Assembly: GCF_001194135.2 (NCBI RefSeq)
Contig: NC_068991.1
Coordinates: forward strand, 25,185,328-25,249,327
Length of the DNA stretch: 64,000 nt
Direction of reading: 5' to 3'
Origin: Octopus bimaculoides
Lineage: Eukaryota
Part shown: piece after piece, positions 1-11,714 of the stretch
Position numbering within the stretch: position 1 is the stretch's first letter
Layout of the letters: every line of letters begins with the position of its first letter
Notes under the pieces: model-generated
Told to the model about the DNA's origin: nothing
Database searches by the model: none
The model's input: the letters and a program-made list of their open reading frames with translations, nothing else
Translations under genes and position numbers: made by a program

Positions 1-315
1 CGACTCCAGGACTTATTCTTTGGAAGCCTAGTACTTATTCTATCGGTCTCTTTTGCCGAACCGCTAAGTTACGGGGACATAAACACACCAGCATCGGTTG
101 TCAAGCGATGTTGGGGGGACAAACACAGACATACAAACACATACATATATACGACAGGCTTCTTTCAGTTTCCGTCTACCAAATCCACTCACAAGGCTTT
201 GGTCGGCCCGAGTCTATAGTAGAAAACCCTTGACCAAGATGCCACGCAGTGGGACTGAACCCGGGACCATGTGGTTGGTAAGCAAACTACTTACCACACA
301 GCCACTCCTACGCCT
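1..315 (-). mobile_element. tRNA-headed SINE family B (head + CORE-like CCTTGGGCAAG block + internal CA/TA microsatellite + tail), 3' end cut by window edge
   Basis: Reverse complement matches 54345-55349: GGCGTAGGAGTGGCTGTGTGG...GGTTCAGTCCC head, GTGAGTGGATTTGGTAGACGGAAACTGAAAGAAGCCTGTCG, microsatellite, then the GCTTGACAACCGATG...AGAATAAGTCC tail. Confidence 0.85.
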
Positions 316-769
316 ATATGTTTGAAAATATTAAACAATCACACAATTTCATAAGAAAAGTTATTACAGTGACCTCGCTTATGTGTAGTTTAAAACGTTT
401 GGAGTATTCTCACAAGAGACAGAAATTAAAAGAAAAACTTGACCTTGAAACAACAAGTGTTTTCTTCATAACTTTTATATAATATTCCAAAATATATGCA
501 AACAGATATTTCAAGAATCAACAGGGCCTGATTATTTGCTGAATGATCACAAGTATGTAACTCGGAGTACTGGAACTATGAGATTTTCAATTATAATATA
601 CAGTTATTCAGTTTAGCAATTGATCGCTTATCGGTGAATCAACAGATTTACATACATACATACATACATATTCTGTAAATAAGTTATAATTATAAACTTA
701 AAGCTTAAAAGCGGTCACCGTGTATTAACTGAAGAAAATAGTCTAATATTGCAGCGTGTAAGCCCTCAA

Positions 770-925
770 CGGGATAAAGTGTCTTGACAACCGGTTTTGG
801 TGTGTTTACGTCCTCGTAACTTAGAGGTTCGGCAAAAGAGAGGGAAAGAATAAGTATTAGCCTCTAAAACCACAAGTCCTAGGGTCGATTTGTCCGATTC
901 AAATGACTGAAAAAGCAAAAGATAA
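770..925 (+). mobile_element. SINE family B tail fragment
   Basis: CTTGACAACCGG...GGTTCGGCAAAAGAG...GTCCTAGGGTCGATTTG...AAATGACTGAAA matches the tail at 55150-55340. Confidence 0.7.
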
Positions 926-1839
926 AAGTTATACATACATCTTTAATCTTATATATNNNNNNNNNNNNNNNNNNNNNNNNNNNNNNNNNNNNNNNNNNNN
1001 NNNNNNNNNNNNNNNNNNNNNNNNNNNNNNNNNNNNNNNNNNNNNNNNNNNNNNNNNNNNNNNNATATACCTTTTATCTTTATATATACGTACATACATA
1101 CACAACGACAAAGAAATAAAGCATGAAAAAGTATTTTTAAATATGCATTTTTATTCTTACACCCATAACGATCAAATGATTACATAAATTTTCTTTCGGA
1201 TCCACTGATCATTCTAGGATGCCCTTTGTGTATATGAAATCCATTACTTTCAAAATATTTTCTGTGTTACAAGACAGTCATTTCGTTCTAGCCCACAGTA
1301 AAACAATGGAATTTTTCTTTCTTTCTGTTAGTTCCAGTGATACTTCATGTCTGACTTTTTTAATGTTTTCGTTCATATTTTATATGATATATTTTAAAAT
1401 CAATTTTTTAAAATGAATATTATTTTTTGTAAATGTATTTTGTAATTTTTATTTTTTTTTGAAATATTTTTCAAGTGAATCTCAAATATTCCAATCGAAC
1501 TTTTGTGGAGGATAATGCTTCGACTTCAGAAAGCTTTCGCGGTTATAATGATTGATATAACTTTTGTTTTATTTTTATTTTTGTTTTTGTTGTTGTTGCT
1601 TTATATTTGTATAATTTTTAATATTTTTTCTATACCCTAACATAATACACAGACGACGGAACGGGTTAAATATCAGGGGTGAGGGAGTGCTGTTGAATAA
1701 AGTGTCTTATTCATTTGTATTTCATTCTAATAGTCCAAATGTCAAGAAATAAAAAAAGAAACTAAGAATATAAGACTATAACACGAAAAACCCATAAACA
1801 AAACAAAAAATACCCACAATGAATTATAATTTGGAAAAC

Positions 1840-1881
<42 letters not shown>

Positions 1882-2992
1882 CATATTTTTGTTTTTTATT
1901 AGGAACAGGGCCCCGGTTCTTGAAAGGTTGAGGAATGAGAAGTGTGAAATTTACGCTTTTCCCAACGTCATTTCAGGCGCAAAAATATCGAAATGTTTTC
2001 AAAAAAGGATTCGAAACTGCATCAATTTGCCGAAGGGTTATCAATGTTCTGCAGTGATTGCCACAATAACGATGTTAATAATAATAATGTTGTGGGACTG
2101 GTAGACTAGGTTACAGTGATAGACAAAATGCCTGGTGGTATTTAGAATTTTATGTTCTGAGTTCAAATCCCGTCGAGATTTTACTTTTTTTTTGTTCATT
2201 CTTCTGGTAACTACAAAACAAAACACCTTTCAAATACTAGAGTTCGATAAAATCCACAATACCATCTCACAAATTTGAGTCTTTGTACCTAAATTAGAAA
2301 TCAATATTAGAAATCAATATTAATAATACAATAATAACGCTTTGTAGGAATTTTGACTTACAACTGTGTGTTGAAACCAATATTGTTATATTTTGGAAGA
2401 GTCATAATTATTAAAACCTATAAACACTCTCACCGGTTTATCTCTGTTATACTTTTTTTCTTTTTCCTAAAGCAGTTGCATTTGTTTATGTCCCATAAAA
2501 TATTTTCCATTGGCCCGTACTGTTACCTTCTCAATGAGGGTTGATTAGTTTCTTTTAACAGTTTCTTTTGTTTTAGTTTTCAACTGATTTTATTGCTGTT
2601 ACATCTATAAGTAAGTATATGAGTTAACGTTTCTATTGCTTTATTTTACATAATTTTGTAGTTGAAAGTTCGCAAGCTTTAGCTAAGCTAGTAGAAAACT
2701 AAAAATAGCGATTTAAATCTTTGGCACAGGGCCATAATTTCTGTGTATATGTGTGCGTGAGTTACAGACGATTAATTTGGCCCTCAGTAGTCAACTGTTA
2801 TTTATAATCTTGCCTTTGCAAAAATGAAAGCAAAATGCGATTATGGCAGAATTTAACTCAAAACGTAAAGAAGGAAAACGAATGTTGCTAGGGTATTGTT
2901 TTAAGCGCTGCACAGCTCATGCCAATCCAACATTTCTTTTATGAATAAAATAATGATTTGTAGCCCAGCAACATTTTTGGATGGAAGATAAC

Positions 2993-3110
2993 AGTCGATT
3001 AAATCATTATAGTAATTCACTGGGACTTAATTTAGCAATCCCAAGATTATGAAAAGCAAGGTCGACCTCGGCGGAATTTGAACTGAAAATTTAGACGGAC
3101 GTATATAGAG
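2993..3110 (-). mobile_element. Degenerate SINE family C fragment
   Basis: AAGGTCGACCTCGGCGGAATTTGAACTG matches the family C core at 23335-23365; weaker remnants lie at about 2105-2180 and 2765-2870. Confidence 0.6.
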
Positions 3111-6100
3111 CACGGAATTTTCTCTTTTTTTTTTCGTTCCTGTCTCGCTACTGTTTCTGCATTTCACTGGTCTCTTGAAAAACAGGTAATGACAACAGTA
3201 TTAAATTAAAACTTAATCGTCAAAATAATTTAGTCGTCATTGTTGAAAACAAATCTCTTGTTCTTAAACAAATCAATATTTTAAAAATATATATTGACGA
3301 TCTAAATATTACAGTGAAATATTTTTTCATGCCAATGTAGAACTGAACAGTGAAATATCATACATATAGTGGCAAAAGACGGGAAGGTTAATAGCCAATC
3401 CTATGTTTCTACTATCATAATTTGCTATTGTATTTTTAGCTATGATATGTAGATGAAGCTTATGAGAATTACTGTCGCCATATTTATCAGAAAACGATAT
3501 TACAGACCAGACTACGGGAGACTTCGTATGAGTGTGTATGAATATAATGTATAACAAGAGTGCATGTATGTATTGATGTACGTTTGTACGCATATATGTA
3601 TCTAGACAGGTATGTATATGCTTGTATGTGTGTGTGTATATATGTATATACATATACACACATATTTGTGTGCATGTGTTAGTGTGTGATTTTATACAGT
3701 ATTTTCAAGTATAATTAAACAATTTGTTTAAAAAAGTTGTTTTTTAGAACACAGAAGGCAAGTTTTTTTTTCTTTTTCTCTTTTTGTAGATTTTTATTAA
3801 TATTATTATTAATAAATTTCATGAAAATAATTTCTTTTGTAGTTTTTTTTTTTACTTTGGAAATAAAACGACGATAATGGTTACCGTCATCATCGTCGTC
3901 GTCATCATCGTCATAATCATTAACATCAGCAACAATAACAATAATACGCACGTGGATGACATGAGATTACTTTCACGCACACACACATGCGAACTAGCAC
4001 ATGTCACAGTCATACAGATGAAATATTATAATTGTTATGTCAAGATTCACCTTTTCTAATTTTCAGCAAATGATAATATTAACTATTGCTCGATCATCAG
4101 AGAGGTGAAAGTTAAAAAAACAATTCTAAAAGTGTCAATTATATTATTAAACTCTACCTCTTGTATTGGGTACTATGTTCTTCAAAACACATATATTTAC
4201 GAGCATGAATTTCAATGCATATCCATTCTCCTTATCTCTCTGTCTCTGTCTGTCTGTGTATGTTTCTCTCCCTCCTTCCCCCTCTCTCTCTCTATATATA
4301 TATACACATGTACACACAAACACACACACATACCCATATTCACAACATATATTTTACATACATGCACAGATAATGCACATATGTATGTTTGTATGTATAT
4401 ATATATATATATGTGTGTATATATATATAAATGTATGCATATAAATGTATGCATATATATGTATGTTTATACTTATAATTCAATATCTACATATATGCAT
4501 ATACATACACGCACACACACACACGTGCACACATACACACACAGACATGTGTGTGTGTGCGTATGTATGTTTGTATATAATTCGATATTATTGTTCAAGT
4601 CTTCCTTGAATAGTTCATTAGTTGGGCATTTAATAATCGATTTAAGTAAAAAGCCTTAATCGATCAAATTTTACATTAAAATTTTGTATTAATACTAACC
4701 CACTAACTATATTAAGGGAAGTACTTTAGAATAAATTTTGGTAACTAAAGAATAATATAACAATAGAACCAAAATGTTAGCTACGTCACAGTGGAATATA
4801 TTACCACACCCACTCAACTCGCCGTATTTCACTGTAAATATTACATAACGTATAAGCTTTTTTTATATCGCAAGTGTTTTTGACAAATCGAGCGAGAGCT
4901 TTCTACCAAGAGTCTTCTACCAGAGTTTCGGAATCGACAACGACTTGCTTAGGTAATTTGTTAGACGGAAACCACATGGAAGCCTGTCGGAAAGGAATTT
5001 TTTTCCTGTCCTTAATTACTATACTTAATCCGTCACCCTGGCTGCTCTTTGGTAGACTTCAGTGAATTCTGCTATGTTACAAGCATTTGCGCCAAGTCGC
5101 TTCACTGAAGTCAACTTCATTATTCTTCTTATACGTAATAGCGGCCATGAAAGAGTCACCGGCGCTGCGTTTCCTGACGAAGCCCTTAAAATTTATATTA
5201 ATGGTATATAAATTAATTATATTTGATATACAGAATGTATCATAATGATGTATCATGTGTTATTTGTAATATCTGTGCTTGTTTAAAATGTGCTACACCA
5301 AGAGGAAAAAAAGCATGTATTTAATCTTCTTCGATATTTTGAAAACCCAAAGATTGTTTCTTCTCTTGTTTATTTAGAGTCCTGCAATTTTCAGTCCCTG
5401 GAAGTAGAGATTTTACTGAATGCTACCGAATACAAATCTCATGGGGTGATGGTGGTGGAATATGTTAACAGAAGGATGTAATATCTAGACTATGCCTGCT
5501 TTGCAGTTCCACATTTCGTTCATCTCCGTTCCTCACTTTGGAAAAGAAAGAAAACTTTAAGTCTTCAGTAGTTTGGTTCTATATTTTAAAAAATCGTTTT
5601 GTATCGCTAGGTTCGTATCATCGTTTTTCCTACGCAAACAACTTTCTTTTATACACCTTTTGCATTTTTGAACATTGTTTTTATGTTAGTACTTCGTTTC
5701 AACGAGTAACTTGTAAAAATGGAGTTGAATTGAATACATGATTTGTGGAGTATACTAAAAAATTTGAATTCGAACCTATCCATCCTGAACAAAAAAACTA
5801 ATGTGTGTGCGTGTGTGTGATTTATACATTCACATACGTCTCTCTCTTTATATATGCGTATATATACTTTTTTGACGAAATTCTGGCATTCGAAACGTCA
5901 ATATTCATCCCTTCCTTATGTATATAGATATACATACATACACACACACATACACACACATATATATCTATACATATATGTATGTATATATGTATATATA
6001 TGTGTGCGCACGCACACACTCACACATACACACGTATATATATATACATGCGCATATATACAAACATCATTATATACCTACATGCATGTATGTGAGTGCA

Positions 6101-7057
6101 TCTGTGTGCAGGTTGCATATGCGTGTGTTTGTATCTATATTTCCCCTGTGCGGCAGTTGTAAATAGCTTAATGGAGACTGATAACGTTGCATGCATGCGT
6201 GGGGTATGAGAATCAACAATACGCTACGTATCAAAATGGAACAAGCTGATGGATACATGAAGCTGGCTTCCTGGTCGGACATGACGTGGGGAGCTCCATA
6301 TATCCTCATACAGATCAAAAGATACACAAACATATAGTCATATATTTATATATATATATANNNNNNNNNNNNNNNNNNNNNNNNNNNNNNNNNNNNNNNN
6401 NNNNNNNNNNNNNNNNNNNNNNNNNNNNNNNNNNNNNNNNNNNNNNNNNNNNNNNNNNNNNNNNNNNNNNNNNNNNNNNNNNNNNNNNNNNNNNNNNNNN
6501 NNNNNNNNNNNNNNNNNNNNNNNNNNNNNNNNNNNNNNNNNNNNNNNNNNNNNNNNNNNNNNNNNNNNNNNNNNNNNNNNNNNNNNNNNNNNNNNNNNNN
6601 NNNNNNNNNNNNNNNNNNNNNNNNNNNNNNNNNNNNNNNNNNNNNNNNNNNNNNNNNNNNNNNNNNNNNNNNNNNNNNNNNNNNNNNNNNNNNNNNNNNN
6701 NNNNNNNNNNNNNNNNNNNNNNNNNNNNNNNNNNNNNNNNNNNNNNNNNNNNNNNNNNNNNNNNNNNNNNNNNNNNNNNNNNNNNNNNNNNNNNNNNNNN
6801 NNNNNNNNNNNNNNNNNNNNNNNNNNNNNNNNNNNNNNNNNNNNNNNNNNNNNNNNNNNNNNNNNNNNNNNNNNNNNNNNNNNNNNNNNNNNNNNNNNNN
6901 NNNNNNNNNNNNNNNNNNNNNNNNNNNNNNNNNNNNNNNNNNNNNNNNNNNNNNNNNNNNNNNNNNNNNNNNNNNNNNNNNNNNNNNNNNNNNNNNNNNN
7001 NNNNNNNNNNNNNNNNNNNNNNNNNNNNNNNNNNNNNNNNNNNNNNNNNNNNNNNNN

Positions 7058-7120
<63 letters not shown>

Positions 7121-7612
7121 CATATATACATATGCATTTATACATATGCTTAGCTAATGCTTATCTATATCTTGACACGCTCAAGTACATTTCTCTGAGC
7201 TTTTACTACGTACGAAAAACGTGGTATTTCATTTTCTTAGCATGCAGATTACAGACGAGTACGTACCAAGTATTTGCAACACTATATACATACATACACA
7301 CATTCATACGTACATATATGCATATATATACATGTACGTATATCTATGCATACATATGTCAGTATATAAGTATATTCTATACGTATATATTAATGGATAC
7401 ACTCACACACATATATATGCGCATATACATACACACGCATACATATTTCATGCTATATACATATGCTTATACATGCATGTATGTGGGGTCTCTAAGCATT
7501 AACATAGAATGATATTTACATATATAGACTGATGAGTTTGATGTGAACACATTTGAGATATCTCTTTCAAGATCGCTTCACTTGTTTCTTTTGAAATATT
7601 TCAATATATATT

Positions 7613-9031
7613 TTATACTTTTGTGGTTTCACATTCGGTACTTGGCTGCAAATCCTCTTCCAGAGTATTTTCTTCGCCGTGTTTACTATCCGTTGGATGA
7701 GTTGTTTCTTTGGGAGTAAACCTTACCCGTAATCTGTACCCGTTCGTGTTTTCTTCTGTAATAATGGAACTCTGGTTTCGTTGTCTGTCACCTGTTGGAG
7801 TTGGTACGTTGTTAGTCTGATTAACAAGATGATATTCTCGTCCGCTTCGCACAGAACTTCGAGAGCTTTTGAAATCCTCAGCGACTGATACACACTCTGT
7901 CGGCAGCACAGTGCGTAAACTTTGATTCCTGTTCAGTCTTGGTATCTTGTGAGGGCAGAAGACCTCCATGAGTCCTCTCTTCAGCTTAATATTGAAAAAA
8001 CCGTAAACCAAAGGATTCAACCCACTCTGTAAGAGGGCCATTGTTTCAGCGAAAGCAATCACCGTAGCTGGAATATCGTATTTGTAATTGCTGTATATTC
8101 GTATCAGATTGACAACAAAATATGGGGTCCAGCAAGCAATAAAAGTTGTTATGATACTTAAAGTCATTTTGATTGTTTTGATTTTGGCGCGTGGTATTGT
8201 ACTGCGATTTGGGACACTCCTACGAAGCGTCCCTTCTCCTGCTGTGTTGACTATCTCTCGACTTGCTCGCCAAACAGCAAGCACTACATTAATATAGAAA
8301 TATGAGATCAGAATGGCCGGTATGATGAGAATGTATGTTGTCAAAAAGGTAAAATAGACTTTTCTTTGCCATTCCCCAGTGTAACCATGAGTTTGGCAAC
8401 CATATTTTTTCTTACCATTTGGATGTACCCCTTTGACAGTTTGTACAAAAATGAAGAGCTGTGGTACAGCGAATCCGAACGCCATAATCCAAGCTGCTGC
8501 AATCGATATTCGAGCTTGGTGAATGGTGTTTCTAAAATTTAATGGGTTGCAGATAGCCATGAAACGGTCATAACTCATGGCAGTGAGTATGAAGGTCGTA
8601 CTAGCTAGAGTGACAATCTGTAGGTAAGGTAAGATCTTGCACGCAGCAGGTCCTAGGACCCACTCACCAAAGCAAACGAAGAGAATTTCTGTAGTCATGG
8701 TAGCGAAACACACAGTCAGGTCCCCAATAGCTAAATTTATAATGAAAATATTCACACGACTGTTTTTCTTCTTATATTTACTACAAGTCAGTACTATTAT
8801 GATTATTGTATTTCCTATTAATGTAATGACCATGATCACAACTAGTGACGCGACACGTTGGATTACGTCTGGAGTCCAAATCTGGTCATCTAATGGTCCA
8901 ATAGTGGTTCCGAACTGATTTAGTCCCGCCTCTGGACTATCAGTTATATTGGAGACGTTATAAGCAAAGATATGCTGTTCATTAGTCAAAGGTTCGACCA
9001 TAATAACTTTGCGATTTCTGTCAGCTTCCAT
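7613..9031 (-). CDS. Class A (rhodopsin-like) neuropeptide GPCR, vasopressin/CCAP-NPS/GnRH/achatin receptor clade; 472 aa, single coding exon
   Basis: Uninterrupted ORF with 7 hydrophobic segments and motifs LIGN (TM1), NLAIGDL (TM2), CK..LQ..DRF (TM3), W..AVPQLFIF (TM4), ECL2 Cys (YGC), CWTPYF (TM6), LNPLVY (TM7), plus N-terminal NVS/NIT sequons. The track ORF starts at a TTG (9061). The first in-frame ATG is at 9031 in ATA-ATG-G context, with an in-frame TAA upstream at 9077-9079. Confidence 0.95.
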   Translation of the reverse strand: MEADRNRKVIMVEPLTNEQHIFAYNVSNITDSPEAGLNQFGTTIGPLDDQIWTPDVIQRVASLVVIMVITLIGNTIIIIVLTCSKYKKKNSRVNIFIINLAIGDLTVCFATMTTEILFVCFGEWVLGPAACKILPYLQIVTLASTTFILTAMSYDRFMAICNPLNFRNTIHQARISIAAAWIMAFGFAVPQLFIFVQTVKGVHPNGKKKYGCQTHGYTGEWQRKVYFTFLTTYILIIPAILISYFYINVVLAVWRASREIVNTAGEGTLRRSVPNRSTIPRAKIKTIKMTLSIITTFIACWTPYFVVNLIRIYSNYKYDIPATVIAFAETMALLQSGLNPLVYGFFNIKLKRGLMEVFCPHKIPRLNRNQSLRTVLPTECVSVAEDFKSSRSSVRSGREYHLVNQTNNVPTPTGDRQRNQSSIITEENTNGYRLRVRFTPKETTHPTDSKHGEENTLEEDLQPSTECETTKV

Positions 9032-9065
9032 TATGTTTCCAGGATGTGGATGGACAAACAAACAT
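9021..9065 (-). other. Out-of-frame upstream ORF (14 aa, MFVCPSTSWKHNGS*) overlapping the GPCR start codon
   Basis: ATG at 9065-9063 and TGA at 9023-9021, read directly from the sequence. Whether it lies in the mature mRNA is unknown. Confidence 0.45.
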
Positions 9066-9119
9066 ATACCAGGTTGTTATGACTTGTCTTTGCTACCATT
9101 ATCATTATAATTATAATTA

Positions 9120-9121
<2 letters not shown>

Positions 9122-9182
<61 letters not shown>
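9122..9182. repeat. (ATT)n microsatellite just upstream of the GPCR start
   Basis: About 20 ATT units. Confidence 0.95.
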
Positions 9183-9183
<1 letters not shown>

Positions 9184-9939
9184 AAAGAGGATGTTTAGTC
9201 AAAGGAAAGGATCAGCTTCTACCAATTCATTTCCAAGATCAACGTCGACATTTTTGATAAGATATTTTCTTCTTAGGATTCCAGTCTTAAATTTCTAGAA
9301 AGCTCATGCATCAGGGATGAATAACAGACATTTTGTTACAGTAAACAGTCTTTGTGTTTATCTCAGGAATTATTGTTATTATTGGTTGTGTCGCTAGTTT
9401 TGCAGTGTTAGTCAGCTCCAGTAAGTATTAGCTTTCATGACCACTGGACCGACATCCAGGACCTAGCAAAATAAAATAGATGTATTAGTAGATTGTAAAT
9501 ATATAACAAAACAACTATAGTCAGTAAATGAAAACAGCTTTAACGCAAGTAACAAACAAGCAAACAAAAATATACAGAGAAAAAAAAAACAAAACAAAGC
9601 GAAATATATAATTTTTTATGAATTTCTTTCAGAATTACAGAGCAAACTTGTGATTGGGGAATGGAATTATAAATTTATCGATTATAGTGTATAAATGCTA
9701 TTTATATATTTTAACATTCATACAAGGATGAAAGACAGATTTTCAGTTTTGAACTGGCTAGATGGGAAATAATTATTAAAGCATTTAATGTGTTGCTCTA
9801 CCGTCTCAACTGTCTACAGTCTATGTATGGGTAATCTTGATGAAAAGCTAACTTAAATGTTGTTGCTTTTACGATTTTACTCAATGTTGTATATTCACAC
9901 ACACAATTACACCCAGAAATATATATTTTTTATTTATGC

Positions 9940-10045
9940 GCCCTTTTAAAGCCTAGCCGGGCTCAAGGGCTCGGTTTCCCGGTTTCAAGAAACAGGAAGA
10001 AAGAGTGAGAGAAAGTTGTGGCGAAAGAGTACAACAGGGGGTCGC
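9940..10045 (-). mobile_element. Chimeric SINE fragment (family D-type tail joined to family A middle)
   Basis: GGTTTCCCGGTTTC (cf. 36080-36100, 44940-44950) directly abuts AGAAACAGGAAGAAAGAGTGAGAGAAAGTTGTGGCGAAAGAGTACAACAGGG (cf. 44715-44767). Confidence 0.55.
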
Positions 10046-11089
10046 ACACACACGCACACACACAGCACTCACACACTCTTTCTCTCTCACACACACGTGT
10101 GTACACACTCATATACGCATCCATATTTATTCACATATACATCTTTCTCTTTCACTCTCTACCTTGCTTTATAATCATTTCTCTCTTATCTCTCCTTCTC
10201 TCAATGCTGTCTTAAGGAATGGACACACTGAACAGATGTCCACGGGCCTCACGGGTCTAGGGGCCTAAATTTGATCTGTACATGTTGTGGCTTACTGTCA
10301 ATAAACAAATACTATAGGGCCTAGTGCACTGATATTCCCGGGACCCATAATGCTGTTAAGACAGTCCTGGCTTTTCTCACATACGTTCTGTAATTGTTAC
10401 CCCTTTTTGTCTACGACATGTTTGTGATTGTCACAAAAACAGCTTGTGTCTTCTTCTTGCTTGCAATTAAGATGCATGGATGCATATTGTTGAATGGTTC
10501 CCAAGCAATTAATTACGTCTATTTTAATTTTTGTTTAACAAAAAATAAGAATAGTGACAACAAATGTATCCATCATAAAAAATGCAAAACAAAACAAAAC
10601 AAAGTCCAAATAATGAACAACGGGAAAAAATATCTAATACATCTAAAATAATTATGAAGAGGACAACAGCAAATATGACACAAAATTCAAAATAATTAAC
10701 AACGTTATTATTTTACGTTACAATGGAGTCTCATAAAATTGATGAAAATCGAAAACAAACAAACAGGCGATTTCTTAAGAAATAAAGAAGTAAAACATCC
10801 ACTGAAAGTATATAAAACAAACTTTGCTCCAAGCAAAAAAAAAAAAAAAAAAAAAAAAAAGAAAAAAGAAAAAATGACGAGACACGATTGCGATTACATA
10901 TCACCTCCACCCCAATCCGGTAAAAACAACCCTTCTCCAAACAAGGGTATTTCACAGAAACTAAATTGATATGCTGTGTCGGGGGAGAGTAATATTGTCT
11001 TAATACCGTATTATAAAAACGAAGTAAATTGATATTGTAAAACCAAAATCTAGAATACTGTTGTCTTCCTGTTGTATAATTACTCCACA

Positions 11090-11512
11090 CAGAGTGGGTG
11101 TGTGGTAAGAAGTTTGCTTCCCAATCACATAGTTCCGAGTTCACTCCCACTTAGTGGCACTTCGGGTTTCTTCTTTAGTGTCTTCTACTATCACCTTGAG
11201 CTGCCCAAAAGTTTGTGAGTGGATTTGGTAGACGTAAATTGAAATAAGTCTGTCACACACACACACACATTCGCGCACACAGTTATATATATATGTTTAT
11301 TTGTGTTTCTGATTACTCCAAGAGTGCTTGACAACAGGTGATGGTTTGTTTATATTCCTCGCAATTTAGCAATTCGGCATAACAGACCAATAGAATAAGT
11401 ACGAGGTTTTTTTTTATTAAAAAAAAAAAAGAAGTGCTGGGCTGATTTGTCCGACTAAATCACTCCAAACGGTGCTACAGTATAGCTGCAGTCTCCAATA
11501 ACAAACAAATAA
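11090..11512 (+). mobile_element. SINE family B, diverged full-length copy
   Basis: Head, GTGAGTGGATTTGGTAGACG, (CA)n/(TA)n, then tail GCTTGACAAC...AGAATAAGTAC...CGACTAAA. Confidence 0.75.
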
Positions 11513-11515
11513 AGG

Positions 11516-11714
11516 TTACATTATTTACATTTGACGGATATTTGTCCTCATCTTGTTTGTGTTTAACACAATGTTTCGGCTGATATACTCTCCAGCCTTC
11601 ATCAGGTGTCTCGGGGAAATTTCGAACCTGGGTTCTCATTCCTAAGGTGTTTTTCAAGGTTATTATTATTATTCAGGTCACTGCTTGGAATCGAACACAG
11701 AATTTTGGGGTTTG
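11516..11714 (-). mobile_element. Short element family E, copy 1 (B-box head, hammerhead-like motif at 11565-11610, AATGTAAAT tail); 5' end lost in N-gap
   Basis: Near-identical to 22131-22407. Minus strand reads GACAC CTGATGA A GGCTG..CAGCC GAAAC ATT GTGTT. Confidence 0.8.

Noticed and set aside
9032-9061. Track start of the GPCR at 9061 (MFVHPHPGNI...)
   Set aside because: That codon is TTG, not ATG; the first in-frame ATG in good context is at 9031.
10207-10364. Short inverted CTGTCTTAA/TTAAGACAG pair as a MITE
   Set aside because: Only 9 bp of inverted match and no convincing TSD.
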